Source: a virus. Taken from it: a stretch of 29,955 bases of DNA. The translations under genes were made by a program, and so were the position numbers. The notes below the pieces were generated by a model. The model did no database searches and was not told the origin of the DNA. It saw nothing but the letters and a program-made list of their open reading frames with translations. Of this stretch, positions 1-6,621 are shown one piece after another. Within the stretch, counting starts at the first letter, position 1. Each line of letters opens with the position of its first letter. Location of the stretch: IMG/VR virus record IMGVR_UViG_3300045988_156777, positions 1-29,955 of that record. One strand, written 5' to 3'.

Positions 1-44
1 TGTAAATGTCTTAAGAGACAAGCCACACGAAAGGAGGTGCAAAC

Positions 45-212
45 GTGGCAAAGTATAAACGTAGCAAACCGATGAAACGTCGCGATAGAAAAAAGCGCGA
101 AAAAAAAGAGCGCATGATTTCGCGCCTATCCAAAACGTTCGAAATTATATACACGCTCTTAATCGGTGAAGCCCTCAAGCTTCTTGCTAAATATCTAAGT
201 GACTTATTTTAG
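45..212 (+). CDS. small protein (55 aa), Lys/Arg-rich N-terminus and hydrophobic C-terminus, function unknown
   Basis: Below the ORF-track cutoff. GTG at 45 lies 7 nt after AAGGAGG (31-37). Hand translation MAKYKRSKPMKRRDRKKREKKERMISRLSKTFEIIYTLLIGEALKLLAKYLSDLF, TAG at 210-212. A 9-bp-stem hairpin CTAAGTGAC/GTCACTTAG (195-220) overlaps the stop. Confidence 0.4.
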   Translation: MAKYKRSKPMKRRDRKKREKKERMISRLSKTFEIIYTLLIGEALKLLAKYLSDLF

Positions 213-339
213 TCACTTAGGTACTTATATTATACCACGTTTTAAAATATGGAACTACTAAAAATAGCGTTATTACTATCGTTAGCATTCAATGCATATC
301 TTTTAAAAAAAATGATTGAAAAGTAAGGAGGTTAAAGAT

Positions 340-810
340 ATGTTATCTATTTGTGAAACTTCAACTAAACACGTGGCTTATATGGCTACACAATACGACG
401 ATTTTGCGCATTCTACAGACGGCGCAATCATGGAAGCGCTTGGCGATGAAATTCTTGAAAATATGTATGATGATGAGCTTCTTCCATTATGGTTTGAATT
501 TAGAAGTGAACGATATAATGAATATTATTATGAATTAGATAATGATAATCTTGATTCATGTTTATCAAGCTATGAGCCTAATGAAATTGTAAGAATGACA
601 TTGGCTGGTGACTTCCATTATTGTGACGATTATTTCATTATTAATGATTATGAGAATTTAGAAAGTTTTTCGGATTATAGACTATTAGAAGAAGCTAGAA
701 AAGATGATGAGTTCAAAACTTGGCTTACTGATGAGAAAAGTGACTGGGATATGGACTGGTTAGAAGAAACTAGAAAACAATATTTAGCTTACTTAAAAGA
801 AGGGTACTAA
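340..810 (+). CDS. highly acidic hypothetical protein (156 aa), possible DNA-mimic/anti-restriction type
   Basis: ORF track gives 316..810 from a TTG. In-frame ATG at 340 sits 9 nt after AAGGAGG (324-330). Hand count: 40 Asp/Glu versus 12 Lys/Arg. The segment DDYFIINDYENLESFSDY loosely recalls the EEYxIxDYE motif of ArdA. Confidence 0.7.
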   Translation: MLSICETSTKHVAYMATQYDDFAHSTDGAIMEALGDEILENMYDDELLPLWFEFRSERYNEYYYELDNDNLDSCLSSYEPNEIVRMTLAGDFHYCDDYFIINDYENLESFSDYRLLEEARKDDEFKTWLTDEKSDWDMDWLEETRKQYLAYLKEGY

Positions 811-811
811 C

Positions 812-961
812 ATGTTAACACGCAAAGATCTTGACAAGATGAGCGCCGTCCAGGTGCTCATACTTGCATTATTAAAATTCTACTTCTATATGTGTTTTGA
901 CATGTTGTTGATAGGCTTATTTTTAGGCCTATCAAACATAATACTACCACTTATTTATTAA
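812..961 (+). CDS. small hydrophobic membrane protein (49 aa)
   Basis: Below the ORF-track cutoff. ATG at 812 directly follows the stop of 340..810, with GAAGGG upstream. Translation MLTRKDLDKMSAVQVLILALLKFYFYMCFDMLLIGLFLGLSNIILPLIY, TAA at 959-961. Confidence 0.4.
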   Translation: MLTRKDLDKMSAVQVLILALLKFYFYMCFDMLLIGLFLGLSNIILPLIY

Positions 962-978
962 TTGCAGGAGGTTAAACA

Positions 979-1251
979 ATGGAACTTTTAGAAATTAAAT
1001 TATTGCATAAATACGCAAGAATAAGATCATATATGAATGATCTTATTTCAGGTAATTACATTATTTATGATTTTCTTTATGAATGTTTAGTTGATCATAT
1101 TGAATCTTTTATTTTTGATCTTGCTTATATAGAAAATGAGAAAGTCATAAATATTTATTATGATCAACTTTTAAACGATTCTAAACAAGTGAGCAACGAA
1201 CTTTATACGCTTGTTATAAATATTTTTGAAGATAATGAATGGAGGTTTTAA
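979..1251 (+). CDS. hypothetical protein (90 aa)
   Basis: ORF track. AGGAGG (966-971) lies 7 nt before the ATG. Tightly packed with neighbouring genes. Confidence 0.7.
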   Translation: MELLEIKLLHKYARIRSYMNDLISGNYIIYDFLYECLVDHIESFIFDLAYIENEKVINIYYDQLLNDSKQVSNELYTLVINIFEDNEWRF

Positions 1252-1253
1252 AA

Positions 1254-1484
1254 ATGAATAATAATGAATATATTGAATTTACAGAAAAAAAACTAGATCG
1301 ACTAAATGGATCTAGCTGCAAGCCTTATACAATAACCAAACATTTAAACGGTTTATATGATCTTAATTATGGTTTAGATACTATTGTTTGGATGCTTGAA
1401 CCGCGCGAACTTTGGCTACTTGTAAATACTTTATATACTTTGGATATTTTAGGAGGGCTTAAAAACGACAATATGGAAGCGTGA
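1254..1484 (+). CDS. hypothetical protein (76 aa), possibly the N-terminal part of a frameshifted longer gene
   Basis: ORF track gives 1239..1484. In-frame ATG at 1254 follows GGAGG (1241-1245). See the finding on 1453-1620. Confidence 0.6.
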   Translation: MNNNEYIEFTEKKLDRLNGSSCKPYTITKHLNGLYDLNYGLDTIVWMLEPRELWLLVNTLYTLDILGGLKNDNMEA

Positions 1485-1620
1485 GCGAACTCACTTTAAT
1501 TACTACATCACAAATGAAAGAAAACAACCCCACATTTATGTTGAAGCGTTAGGAACTCCCAACGCTTCAACTGAAAAAATTTTAAAAGATCATGGTTTTA
1601 AATTTGATCATAATAAATGT

Positions 1621-2046
1621 ATGTATGCAGCTGCTCAAACAAATGACTTAAGGCTTTTTGTCGCTCATGATCTTGACAAGCTTTTCAATTATGATATTCA
1701 AATATACTTCAATGCAGAAGCGAAAAAAGAACTTTTCGCGCCTGATATCCAAGAAATAAAAGATATCTGTTATTTCTTCAAAATTTATAAATGTTATATA
1801 GATATATTAAATAAGGATCTTTTTCAGATCTGTAAACCAGGTTCAAAAAGCTTGCTGGCAACTTATAATACTAATTCAAAAACTATAGATGTATTTAATA
1901 GAAACAAATTGCAAGAAAGTTATGTTTACCATGATGGTAAAATCGAAAAAATGAGCATTGAAAAAGCTGCACCAAAAAAGAAGAAGAAAGCAGCACTTAC
2001 AGAACAACAAAAGATCAACAAAATGCTGGAAGAGTTTCCGTTTTAA
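1621..2046 (+). CDS. hypothetical protein; the reading frame is open and protein-like from 1453, so the true 5' end is uncertain
   Basis: ORF track. No Shine-Dalgarno before ATG 1621. The same frame has 56 stop-free codons upstream (1453-1620) with no ATG/GTG/TTG. Lys-rich C-terminus (APKKKKKAA). Confidence 0.6.
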   Translation: MYAAAQTNDLRLFVAHDLDKLFNYDIQIYFNAEAKKELFAPDIQEIKDICYFFKIYKCYIDILNKDLFQICKPGSKSLLATYNTNSKTIDVFNRNKLQESYVYHDGKIEKMSIEKAAPKKKKKAALTEQQKINKMLEEFPF

Positions 2047-2072
2047 AAAGGACTTGCAAAAGTCCTTTTTTT
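2046..2072. terminator. rho-independent terminator, probably bidirectional
   Basis: Stem GGACTT (2050-2055), loop GCAA, stem AAGTCC (2060-2065). Flanked by an A-run upstream and T7 (2066-2072) downstream, immediately after the stop at 2044-2046. Confidence 0.75.
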
Positions 2073-2123
2073 ATATCCAATTGAATCAACTGCAAAAAGT
2101 TTTTCTTGTTTCTTTTGTTTGAA

Positions 2124-2169
2124 TATAAAAAAGGCTTGTTACTAGTGCTATATCACAAATAACAAACCT
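2124..2169 (-). terminator. terminator for the minus-strand paralog operon
   Basis: Stem AGGCTTGTTA (2132-2141) pairs with TAACAAACCT (2160-2169), one mismatch. An A-run on the plus side gives a T-run after the hairpin on the minus strand. Lies downstream of the gene ending at 2213. Confidence 0.5.
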
Positions 2170-2212
2170 AATTAATTAACCATCTATATTATAAACCGTG
2201 TTTTTCACTTTT

Positions 2213-2512
2213 TCAATTTAAGAAGTTCCTCATTTGTCTAGGGTCTAGAATACTAAACACTTTCATTAAGTTTAATCTTGAATTAATATAAAAATATTTT
2301 GAATCCTTTTTGAGATCATTTCCAATTTCTTTATTCAATAACTTTACAACCAAACTATCAAACTTTTCTTTATTGGCTTCGAAATACCATGATTCTTTAT
2401 AACCATCTGTTTCTAAAGAAATAATTTCTGCATCATCCGAACATACAACAAATATTGTTATATCTTTATATCTTATATAAATATCAGTAAATAAAAACAT
2501 ATCTTCAAGCAT
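2213..2512 (-). CDS. small protein, paralog 1 of a tandem three-member family (99 aa)
   Basis: ORF track; GGGGTG before the ATG. Shares the blocks DIYIRYKDITIFVVCS, KEKFDSLVVKLLNKEI and LMKVFSILD with the two upstream genes. Confidence 0.8.
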   Translation of the reverse strand: MLEDMFLFTDIYIRYKDITIFVVCSDDAEIISLETDGYKESWYFEANKEKFDSLVVKLLNKEIGNDLKKDSKYFYINSRLNLMKVFSILDPRQMRNFLN

Positions 2513-2529
2513 TCAAACACCCCAAAATC

Positions 2530-2817
2530 TTACTTATCCAAGATCAAAAAAACTTTTTCAAGTTGTTCTTGAGACGTTGGAAAAAACTTTTGAGATTCTT
2601 TTTCATGCTTGCATAGAATCGAACCGTCAAAAAACTTTTCCAGCAACTGAGAAAACTTTTCTTTCTTCACATAATAAACATAATTCACAGGCACATCTTC
2701 ATCATCATGCGCATTGTATTCAAAAACTTTTTCGACCATCTTAGAACACATAACACCAATTTGTACATTATCATATCTCACAAAAACTTCTTTGTAAGGA
2801 AACTTATTTTCATCCAT
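2530..2817 (-). CDS. small protein, paralog 2 (95 aa)
   Basis: ORF track; AGGAGTG before the ATG. Blocks EVFVRYDNVQIGVMCS, KEKFSQLLEKFFDGSI and LEKVFLILD. Confidence 0.8.
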   Translation of the reverse strand: MDENKFPYKEVFVRYDNVQIGVMCSKMVEKVFEYNAHDDEDVPVNYVYYVKKEKFSQLLEKFFDGSILCKHEKESQKFFPTSQEQLEKVFLILDK

Positions 2818-2840
2818 TTCATCACTCCTAAAAAAACTTT

Positions 2841-3170
2841 CTACATATCAACTAATATTCTCATAAACTTTTTATAATCTTCATCTGATCTTAGATAAAT
2901 CTTATTGCAACCATTCATTACGTCTTCATAGTTTAAGCAATCAATTTCATTGTCTAAAAACTTTCTATATAAACTTTTGAATTGCGGTTCACAAATATAA
3001 TGCTTAATAACGAGTATACCATTCTTATCATAATTACACCTATAAAACTTTTCATCTGCTATATAAACACATACAATATGATTTTTATATTGTACAAATA
3101 AACTTTCTGTATTATGAATCAGAAAAAACTTTTTCACTTCTGTTAAAAACTTTGGTAATTTGTATTTCAT
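2841..3170 (-). CDS. small protein, paralog 3 (109 aa)
   Basis: ORF track; AAGGAG before the ATG. Blocks SLFVQYKNHIVCVYIA, PQFKSLYRKFLDNEI and YKKFMRILVD. Confidence 0.8.
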   Translation of the reverse strand: MKYKLPKFLTEVKKFFLIHNTESLFVQYKNHIVCVYIADEKFYRCNYDKNGILVIKHYICEPQFKSLYRKFLDNEIDCLNYEDVMNGCNKIYLRSDEDYKKFMRILVDM

Positions 3171-3208
3171 TTTCTTTACTCCTTAAACTTTTCTAATAAA
3201 CTTATTTC

Positions 3209-3216
3209 TGTATAAT
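3209..3216 (+). promoter_or_regulatory. TGTATAAT extended -10-like box
   Basis: The same 8-mer precedes four plus-strand genes (3209, 9798, 12504, 13806). Here it lies 20 nt upstream of the ATG at 3236. Confidence 0.35.
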
Positions 3217-3235
3217 TATCGTGGAGGATAACAAA

Positions 3236-3325
3236 ATGACAGAAAATGAAAAAAGTAATGATGGTGTTCAATCTAGAACTAAAGGCACAGTCAAGAAAGA
3301 AATACCATCAGAAGGCGGAAAATAA
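3236..3325 (+). CDS. candidate 29-aa hydrophilic peptide
   Basis: Below the ORF-track cutoff. GGAGGA (3223-3228) lies 7 nt before ATG 3236. Translation MTENEKSNDGVQSRTKGTVKKEIPSEGGK, TAA at 3323-3325. Convergent with the membrane-protein gene. Confidence 0.3.
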   Translation: MTENEKSNDGVQSRTKGTVKKEIPSEGGK

Positions 3326-3337
3326 CCTCCATAGTCA

Positions 3338-3934
3338 CTATCGTTGTTCGATGGTGACTATTTTCATTTCATCATTAATAAAAACTTTTGCTCCTGGCAA
3401 TGCACAAGCTTCCGAAAAACTTTTCTCAGATACACTTTTTCTTGGTACTATAGTAAATTCACCAGTTCTTTCTGAATGCATTTCAATATATCCACACGCA
3501 ATAAAACTTCCTTCTCTAGTATAGAAATATCCAATTGTCATGTTATCACTTTCAAAAACATCTTCCTGAATAGTTCCAAAAGTCATTTCAGACAATCCTT
3601 TGCCTTTTCTAATCAAATTAACTAATGTTCTAAAAAGCTTAATAACATGAGCATGTACAGTAAACGAACTTATTAATGTTAATAAAAATGTAATCAAAAC
3701 ACTTTTATAAATATTCCATTTCAAATAATCACTAAAGAAGAAGCAAACAAGAATATTAAACAAGGATAAGATCATCAAATACAATCTTTCTTTATCTGCT
3801 CGGTCTTGTTCTTCAATCACATTTGTGCATGTTAAAACGTAATAATTTAAATATCCACATCCACCAGCTGCAACAAACGCTAGTAAAACATCTTTTATGA
3901 AATCTTCCACATTATCACTCCTATTTATCTGCAA
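3338..3934 (-). CDS. membrane protein: about three N-terminal TM helices plus a soluble C-terminal domain
   Basis: ORF track. An alternative GTG start at 3910 has AGGAG 7 nt upstream and is more likely than ATG 3934. Hydrophobic segments: VLLAFVAAGGCGYLNYYVL, LYLMILSLFNILVCFFF, VLITFLLTLISSF. Confidence 0.75.
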   Translation of the reverse strand: MQINRSDNVEDFIKDVLLAFVAAGGCGYLNYYVLTCTNVIEEQDRADKERLYLMILSLFNILVCFFFSDYLKWNIYKSVLITFLLTLISSFTVHAHVIKLFRTLVNLIRKGKGLSEMTFGTIQEDVFESDNMTIGYFYTREGSFIACGYIEMHSERTGEFTIVPRKSVSEKSFSEACALPGAKVFINDEMKIVTIEQR

Positions 3935-4196
3935 TCGTTTCTACATAACAATTATAATAAATATATCTTTTTCCATCATAATCAAATTTTACAGCTCCAC
4001 TTGTCAATGATTTAATATCAATTCTACCTTCATAGCTTGCTAAAACTTTTCCATCTGCTGTATACACATTGATTATTCTATCCAATCCACCATTCGAATC
4101 AGATTTTACATCAGTACCCCAACGATCCACAGATGCACATCCAAATAATGAAATGCCAATCATTCCAACCATCAATAATTTATATATTTTATTCAT
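3921..4196 (-). CDS. lipoprotein, DUF5052-like (beta-sandwich lipoprotein type)
   Basis: Signal peptide plus lipobox SLFGC. The mature part SDSNGGLDRIINVYTADGKVLASYEGRIDI...DGKRYIYY matches my memory of DUF5052 lipoproteins of Firmicutes. AAAGGGGAAG before the ATG. Confidence 0.8.
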   Translation of the reverse strand: MNKIYKLLMVGMIGISLFGCASVDRWGTDVKSDSNGGLDRIINVYTADGKVLASYEGRIDIKSLTSGAVKFDYDGKRYIYYNCYVETIADK

Positions 4197-4255
4197 TTTC
4201 TTCCCCTTTTCTATGTCCGATAACTATATATTATCAGACCAACCGCAAACCTTTT

Positions 4256-4275
4256 AAAAGCCTAGTAAATAGGCT
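4256..4275 (-). terminator. weak terminator hairpin after the upstream lipoprotein gene
   Basis: Stem AGCCTA (4259-4264) pairs with TAGGCT (4270-4275). Only a short T-run follows on the minus strand. Confidence 0.35.
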
Positions 4276-4336
4276 ACTTTGTAACACTTTTCTAAAATAA
4301 AAACTTTATGAATTTTTGAGTCATGCTGTAATGTGT

Positions 4337-4738
4337 TTATTTATTTGTATCTTCTACGTTAATCAAGCCATGTTCAATCGTTTCTTTAGCAGGAAAGAAT
4401 GTTATTTTATATCCATACGGATTTTCTTTTACCGAATCGGTCTGAATACTTGTATATGTTACATCTTTTGATAAATGTGCATAAAACAATTTATATTTAT
4501 CTTTTCCAGTTTTAATCGTTACATTCAAATCGCCATCACTATCTGTTTCAATAGATATTTTTCCTTCAACAGAAAACAACGGTTCATTTGTTCTAGTATT
4601 TAATGCCACAACCTTTCTCGATATTTTAAAGTTGTTTGCATCCACTCTTAAATTATGATTAGCTGTATCTGATTCTTGGCATCCTACCAAACCTAGACAC
4701 ATTGTCATTCCTAAAATTGCGCTTAATATTTTTTTCAT
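4337..4738 (-). CDS. lipoprotein, distant paralog of 3921..4196
   Basis: Signal peptide plus lipobox GLVGC. FSVEGKISIETDSDG...DKYKLFY aligns with ASYEGRIDIKS...GKRYIYY of the other lipoprotein. ATGA overlap with the upstream gene. Confidence 0.8.
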   Translation of the reverse strand: MKKILSAILGMTMCLGLVGCQESDTANHNLRVDANNFKISRKVVALNTRTNEPLFSVEGKISIETDSDGDLNVTIKTGKDKYKLFYAHLSKDVTYTSIQTDSVKENPYGYKITFFPAKETIEHGLINVEDTNK

Positions 4739-5202
4739 TTGTTCAAATCTCCCATAACGAGCTTTTTAAGCTCTTTCTTCATTGCGTAATACATTTTCAT
4801 TCTGCTACAAAACTTTTCTCCTGAAAGCTTCTCAAACGACTCTCCGTTGACATAATGACGTTTCATATATAAACGAATATCATCATCTGGAATAAGATCA
4901 ATAATTGTTTCAATTTCTCTCATCTTTCCTAAGATAAGATTCTTATCATCTTCAAGCACTTTTTCTTTTGAAATAAACTTTACAAGAACATCATTTGTAA
5001 TATCCTTGTTCTTTTTTGAATCCAACCTTTGTTCAAATGATGGAGATTTTGGATCTGAAAATTCTTTTTTTCGAACCTCCAAATCCTTTAAAATTCCATC
5101 CAACGATTTAAACTTTCTTTCATAGATTTTGAACATTTCAAGCTTTTTAATTAATGCATCCACTTGAACATCTACATATTCTTCATAATCCGTTTTACTC
5201 AT
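4735..5202 (-). CDS. phage transcriptional regulator with a sigma-70 region-4-like C-terminal HTH (ArpU/RinA/DUF1492 type)
   Basis: C-terminus DDIRLYMKRHYVNGESFEKLSGEKFCSRMKMYYAMKKELKKL fits the region-4 HTH pattern. AGGAGAG before the ATG. It occupies the usual late-regulator position at the end of the early region. Confidence 0.6.
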   Translation of the reverse strand: MSKTDYEEYVDVQVDALIKKLEMFKIYERKFKSLDGILKDLEVRKKEFSDPKSPSFEQRLDSKKNKDITNDVLVKFISKEKVLEDDKNLILGKMREIETIIDLIPDDDIRLYMKRHYVNGESFEKLSGEKFCSRMKMYYAMKKELKKLVMGDLNK

Positions 5203-5210
5203 TTTCTCTC

Positions 5211-5357
5211 CTATTTAATTTCTTCAATTTCCTCAATGCTGCATGATGGAAATTTCATATAGAATTTATACATTGCCATGCTTTTCGATTCCTCCTGGAC
5301 TTCCATCACACAAATATTATTGTCTTTGATATATTTAATTCTGTATTTCTTTAACAT
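5211..5357 (-). CDS. small ORF (48 aa)
   Basis: Below the cutoff; hand translation MLKKYRIKYIKDNNICVMEVQEESKSMAMYKFYMKFPSCSIEEIEEIK. Fills an otherwise empty operon gap; weak RBS. Confidence 0.3.
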   Translation of the reverse strand: MLKKYRIKYIKDNNICVMEVQEESKSMAMYKFYMKFPSCSIEEIEEIK

Positions 5358-5387
5358 CTTTATATTCTAACCTTTCCAATCGCTTAA

Positions 5388-5549
5388 TTATTTTGTTTCA
5401 TCAAAATCATCATACAAATATTCTTTATTCACCTTATTTTTTAAATCCATAATTTCCAGCCTTTGTGCTGCAATCATATTTTCTAAACTTGTAATCTGTG
5501 ATACCATTGCACAACTACATACAATCAATCCGCATATAGCACCTAACAT
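5388..5549 (-). CDS. small membrane protein (53 aa)
   Basis: Below the cutoff; hand translation MLGAICGLIVCSCAMVSQITSLENMIAAQRLEIMDLKNKVNKEYLYDDFDETK. One TM helix followed by a helical tail. Confidence 0.35.
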   Translation of the reverse strand: MLGAICGLIVCSCAMVSQITSLENMIAAQRLEIMDLKNKVNKEYLYDDFDETK

Positions 5550-5571
5550 CAATCCTATTGTAAACTACATA

Positions 5572-5718
5572 TTAGAAACCACTCTCCAACGGATTACCTG
5601 ATGGTGCGTTCAATCCATATAATGTTGCATATACAATAACTGCATATACAACATAAAGTACTGTACAAGTAATAATAGGATCCAGATTCTTAATAATTGC
5701 TTTTTTAATTCTATTCAT
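5572..5718 (-). CDS. small membrane protein (48 aa)
   Basis: Below the cutoff. The ATG overlaps the stop of 5711..6007. Translation MNRIKKAIIKNLDPIITCTVLYVVYAVIVYATLYGLNAPSGNPLESGF. Confidence 0.35.
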   Translation of the reverse strand: MNRIKKAIIKNLDPIITCTVLYVVYAVIVYATLYGLNAPSGNPLESGF

Positions 5719-6007
5719 CATCATTTAAATATTTAAACTCTTTCATTAACTCATCCTTTGTTTTTTCAAACTCTGATTCGATTTGTTTCTGTACATCAAT
5801 CTTAGTTTGTTTAAACCATTTCTTTTTGAACTTAGTAACTGCTTCACGATAACGTTTTTCATCACAGTCACACGACTGCCACCACTCTAAATCATGCAGC
5901 ACTTTAACTAAATCTTTCATCATTTCATTTAATTGAGAATCGTACATTCTATTAACACATTCTTCTTCAACTCTGCAATACACATAGCTGTAACTTCCAC
6001 CACTCAT
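5711..6007 (-). CDS. hypothetical phage protein (98 aa)
   Basis: ORF track; AAGGAG before the ATG. Confidence 0.75.
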   Translation of the reverse strand: MSGGSYSYVYCRVEEECVNRMYDSQLNEMMKDLVKVLHDLEWWQSCDCDEKRYREAVTKFKKKWFKQTKIDVQKQIESEFEKTKDELMKEFKYLNDDE

Positions 6008-6022
6008 TAGTTAATCTCCTTT

Positions 6023-6436
6023 TCAATCTATAATCTTACTTCCGCAATTTGGACAGTATTTGGGTTTGTAACTATAAAAGAATTCTACTCTATTATCTTC
6101 GTCGCTTTTAACTCCTGTTTGGTGTACTGATATGAATCCACAATTAGAACATTTAAATACATCCCTTGAATCATATTCTAATTTGTTAGTGCAAGTTTCT
6201 TCTTCAAGCCAACCAAATTCTATGCATTGTTGGATGATCGCCATTAATTCATTTACCGATATGGCTTCTGTTGTTAATTTATTTCCTAGTACATCTTTAA
6301 CTGCAATACGTCTAGATACTTTATCAAACGCAATATCTCGTGATGCAGTAGTATTTACGCATCCATACGTTATAAGAGTGTTTGGTGTTATTTTTTTTGT
6401 GAATCCTAACCTTCTAAACATTTCTTCAGCAGTCAT
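6023..6436 (-). CDS. hypothetical protein with a C-terminal zinc ribbon
   Basis: ORF track; AGGAG before the ATG. CSNCG...CPNCG pair of Cys motifs. Confidence 0.75.
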   Translation of the reverse strand: MTAEEMFRRLGFTKKITPNTLITYGCVNTTASRDIAFDKVSRRIAVKDVLGNKLTTEAISVNELMAIIQQCIEFGWLEEETCTNKLEYDSRDVFKCSNCGFISVHQTGVKSDEDNRVEFFYSYKPKYCPNCGSKIID

Positions 6437-6620
6437 ATCCTTCTCCTAATTTACTAATAGCCAAATACTCAACATTTTGTTGACCTTCATACCAATCATT
6501 TAACCAACTTATAGTATCCTCGCAACCATTCCCTACAATGTATATTCCTGTTTCAAATTGCTCAATTACAAAACGATTAACATCTTGTAATTGCGTTCTA
6601 TTCTGACTTCTAATCCACAT
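6426..6620 (-). CDS. hypothetical protein (64 aa)
   Basis: ORF track; AAGAGGGG before the ATG. Overlaps its neighbours at both ends. Confidence 0.6.
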   Translation of the reverse strand: MWIRSQNRTQLQDVNRFVIEQFETGIYIVGNGCEDTISWLNDWYEGQQNVEYLAISKLGEGYDC

Positions 6621-6621
6621 C

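Noticed and set aside
1541-1570. Perfect 10-bp hairpin considered as a terminator of 1254..1484
   Set aside because: No T-run follows it. It lies inside a stop-free, protein-like frame continuous with 1621..2046. Reported under the frameshift finding instead.
2553-3201. Helical phasing of the AAACTTT copies (intrinsic bend / pac-box array)
   Set aside because: The measured spacings (34, 48, 21, 71, 60, 16, 34, 31, 93, 13, 74, 55, 26, 21, 38, 13) do not cluster on multiples of about 10.5 bp. I report only the enrichment and strand bias, not phasing.
3236-3325. 29-aa ORF considered as an arbitrium-type (AimP-like) communication pro-peptide
   Set aside because: No N-terminal signal sequence, no adjacent AimR-like TPR receptor gene, and the peptide is uniformly hydrophilic.
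3246-3524. 92-aa plus-strand ORF
   Set aside because: No RBS; mostly antisense to the membrane-protein gene 3338..3934. The short ORF in another frame (3236..3325) has the RBS.
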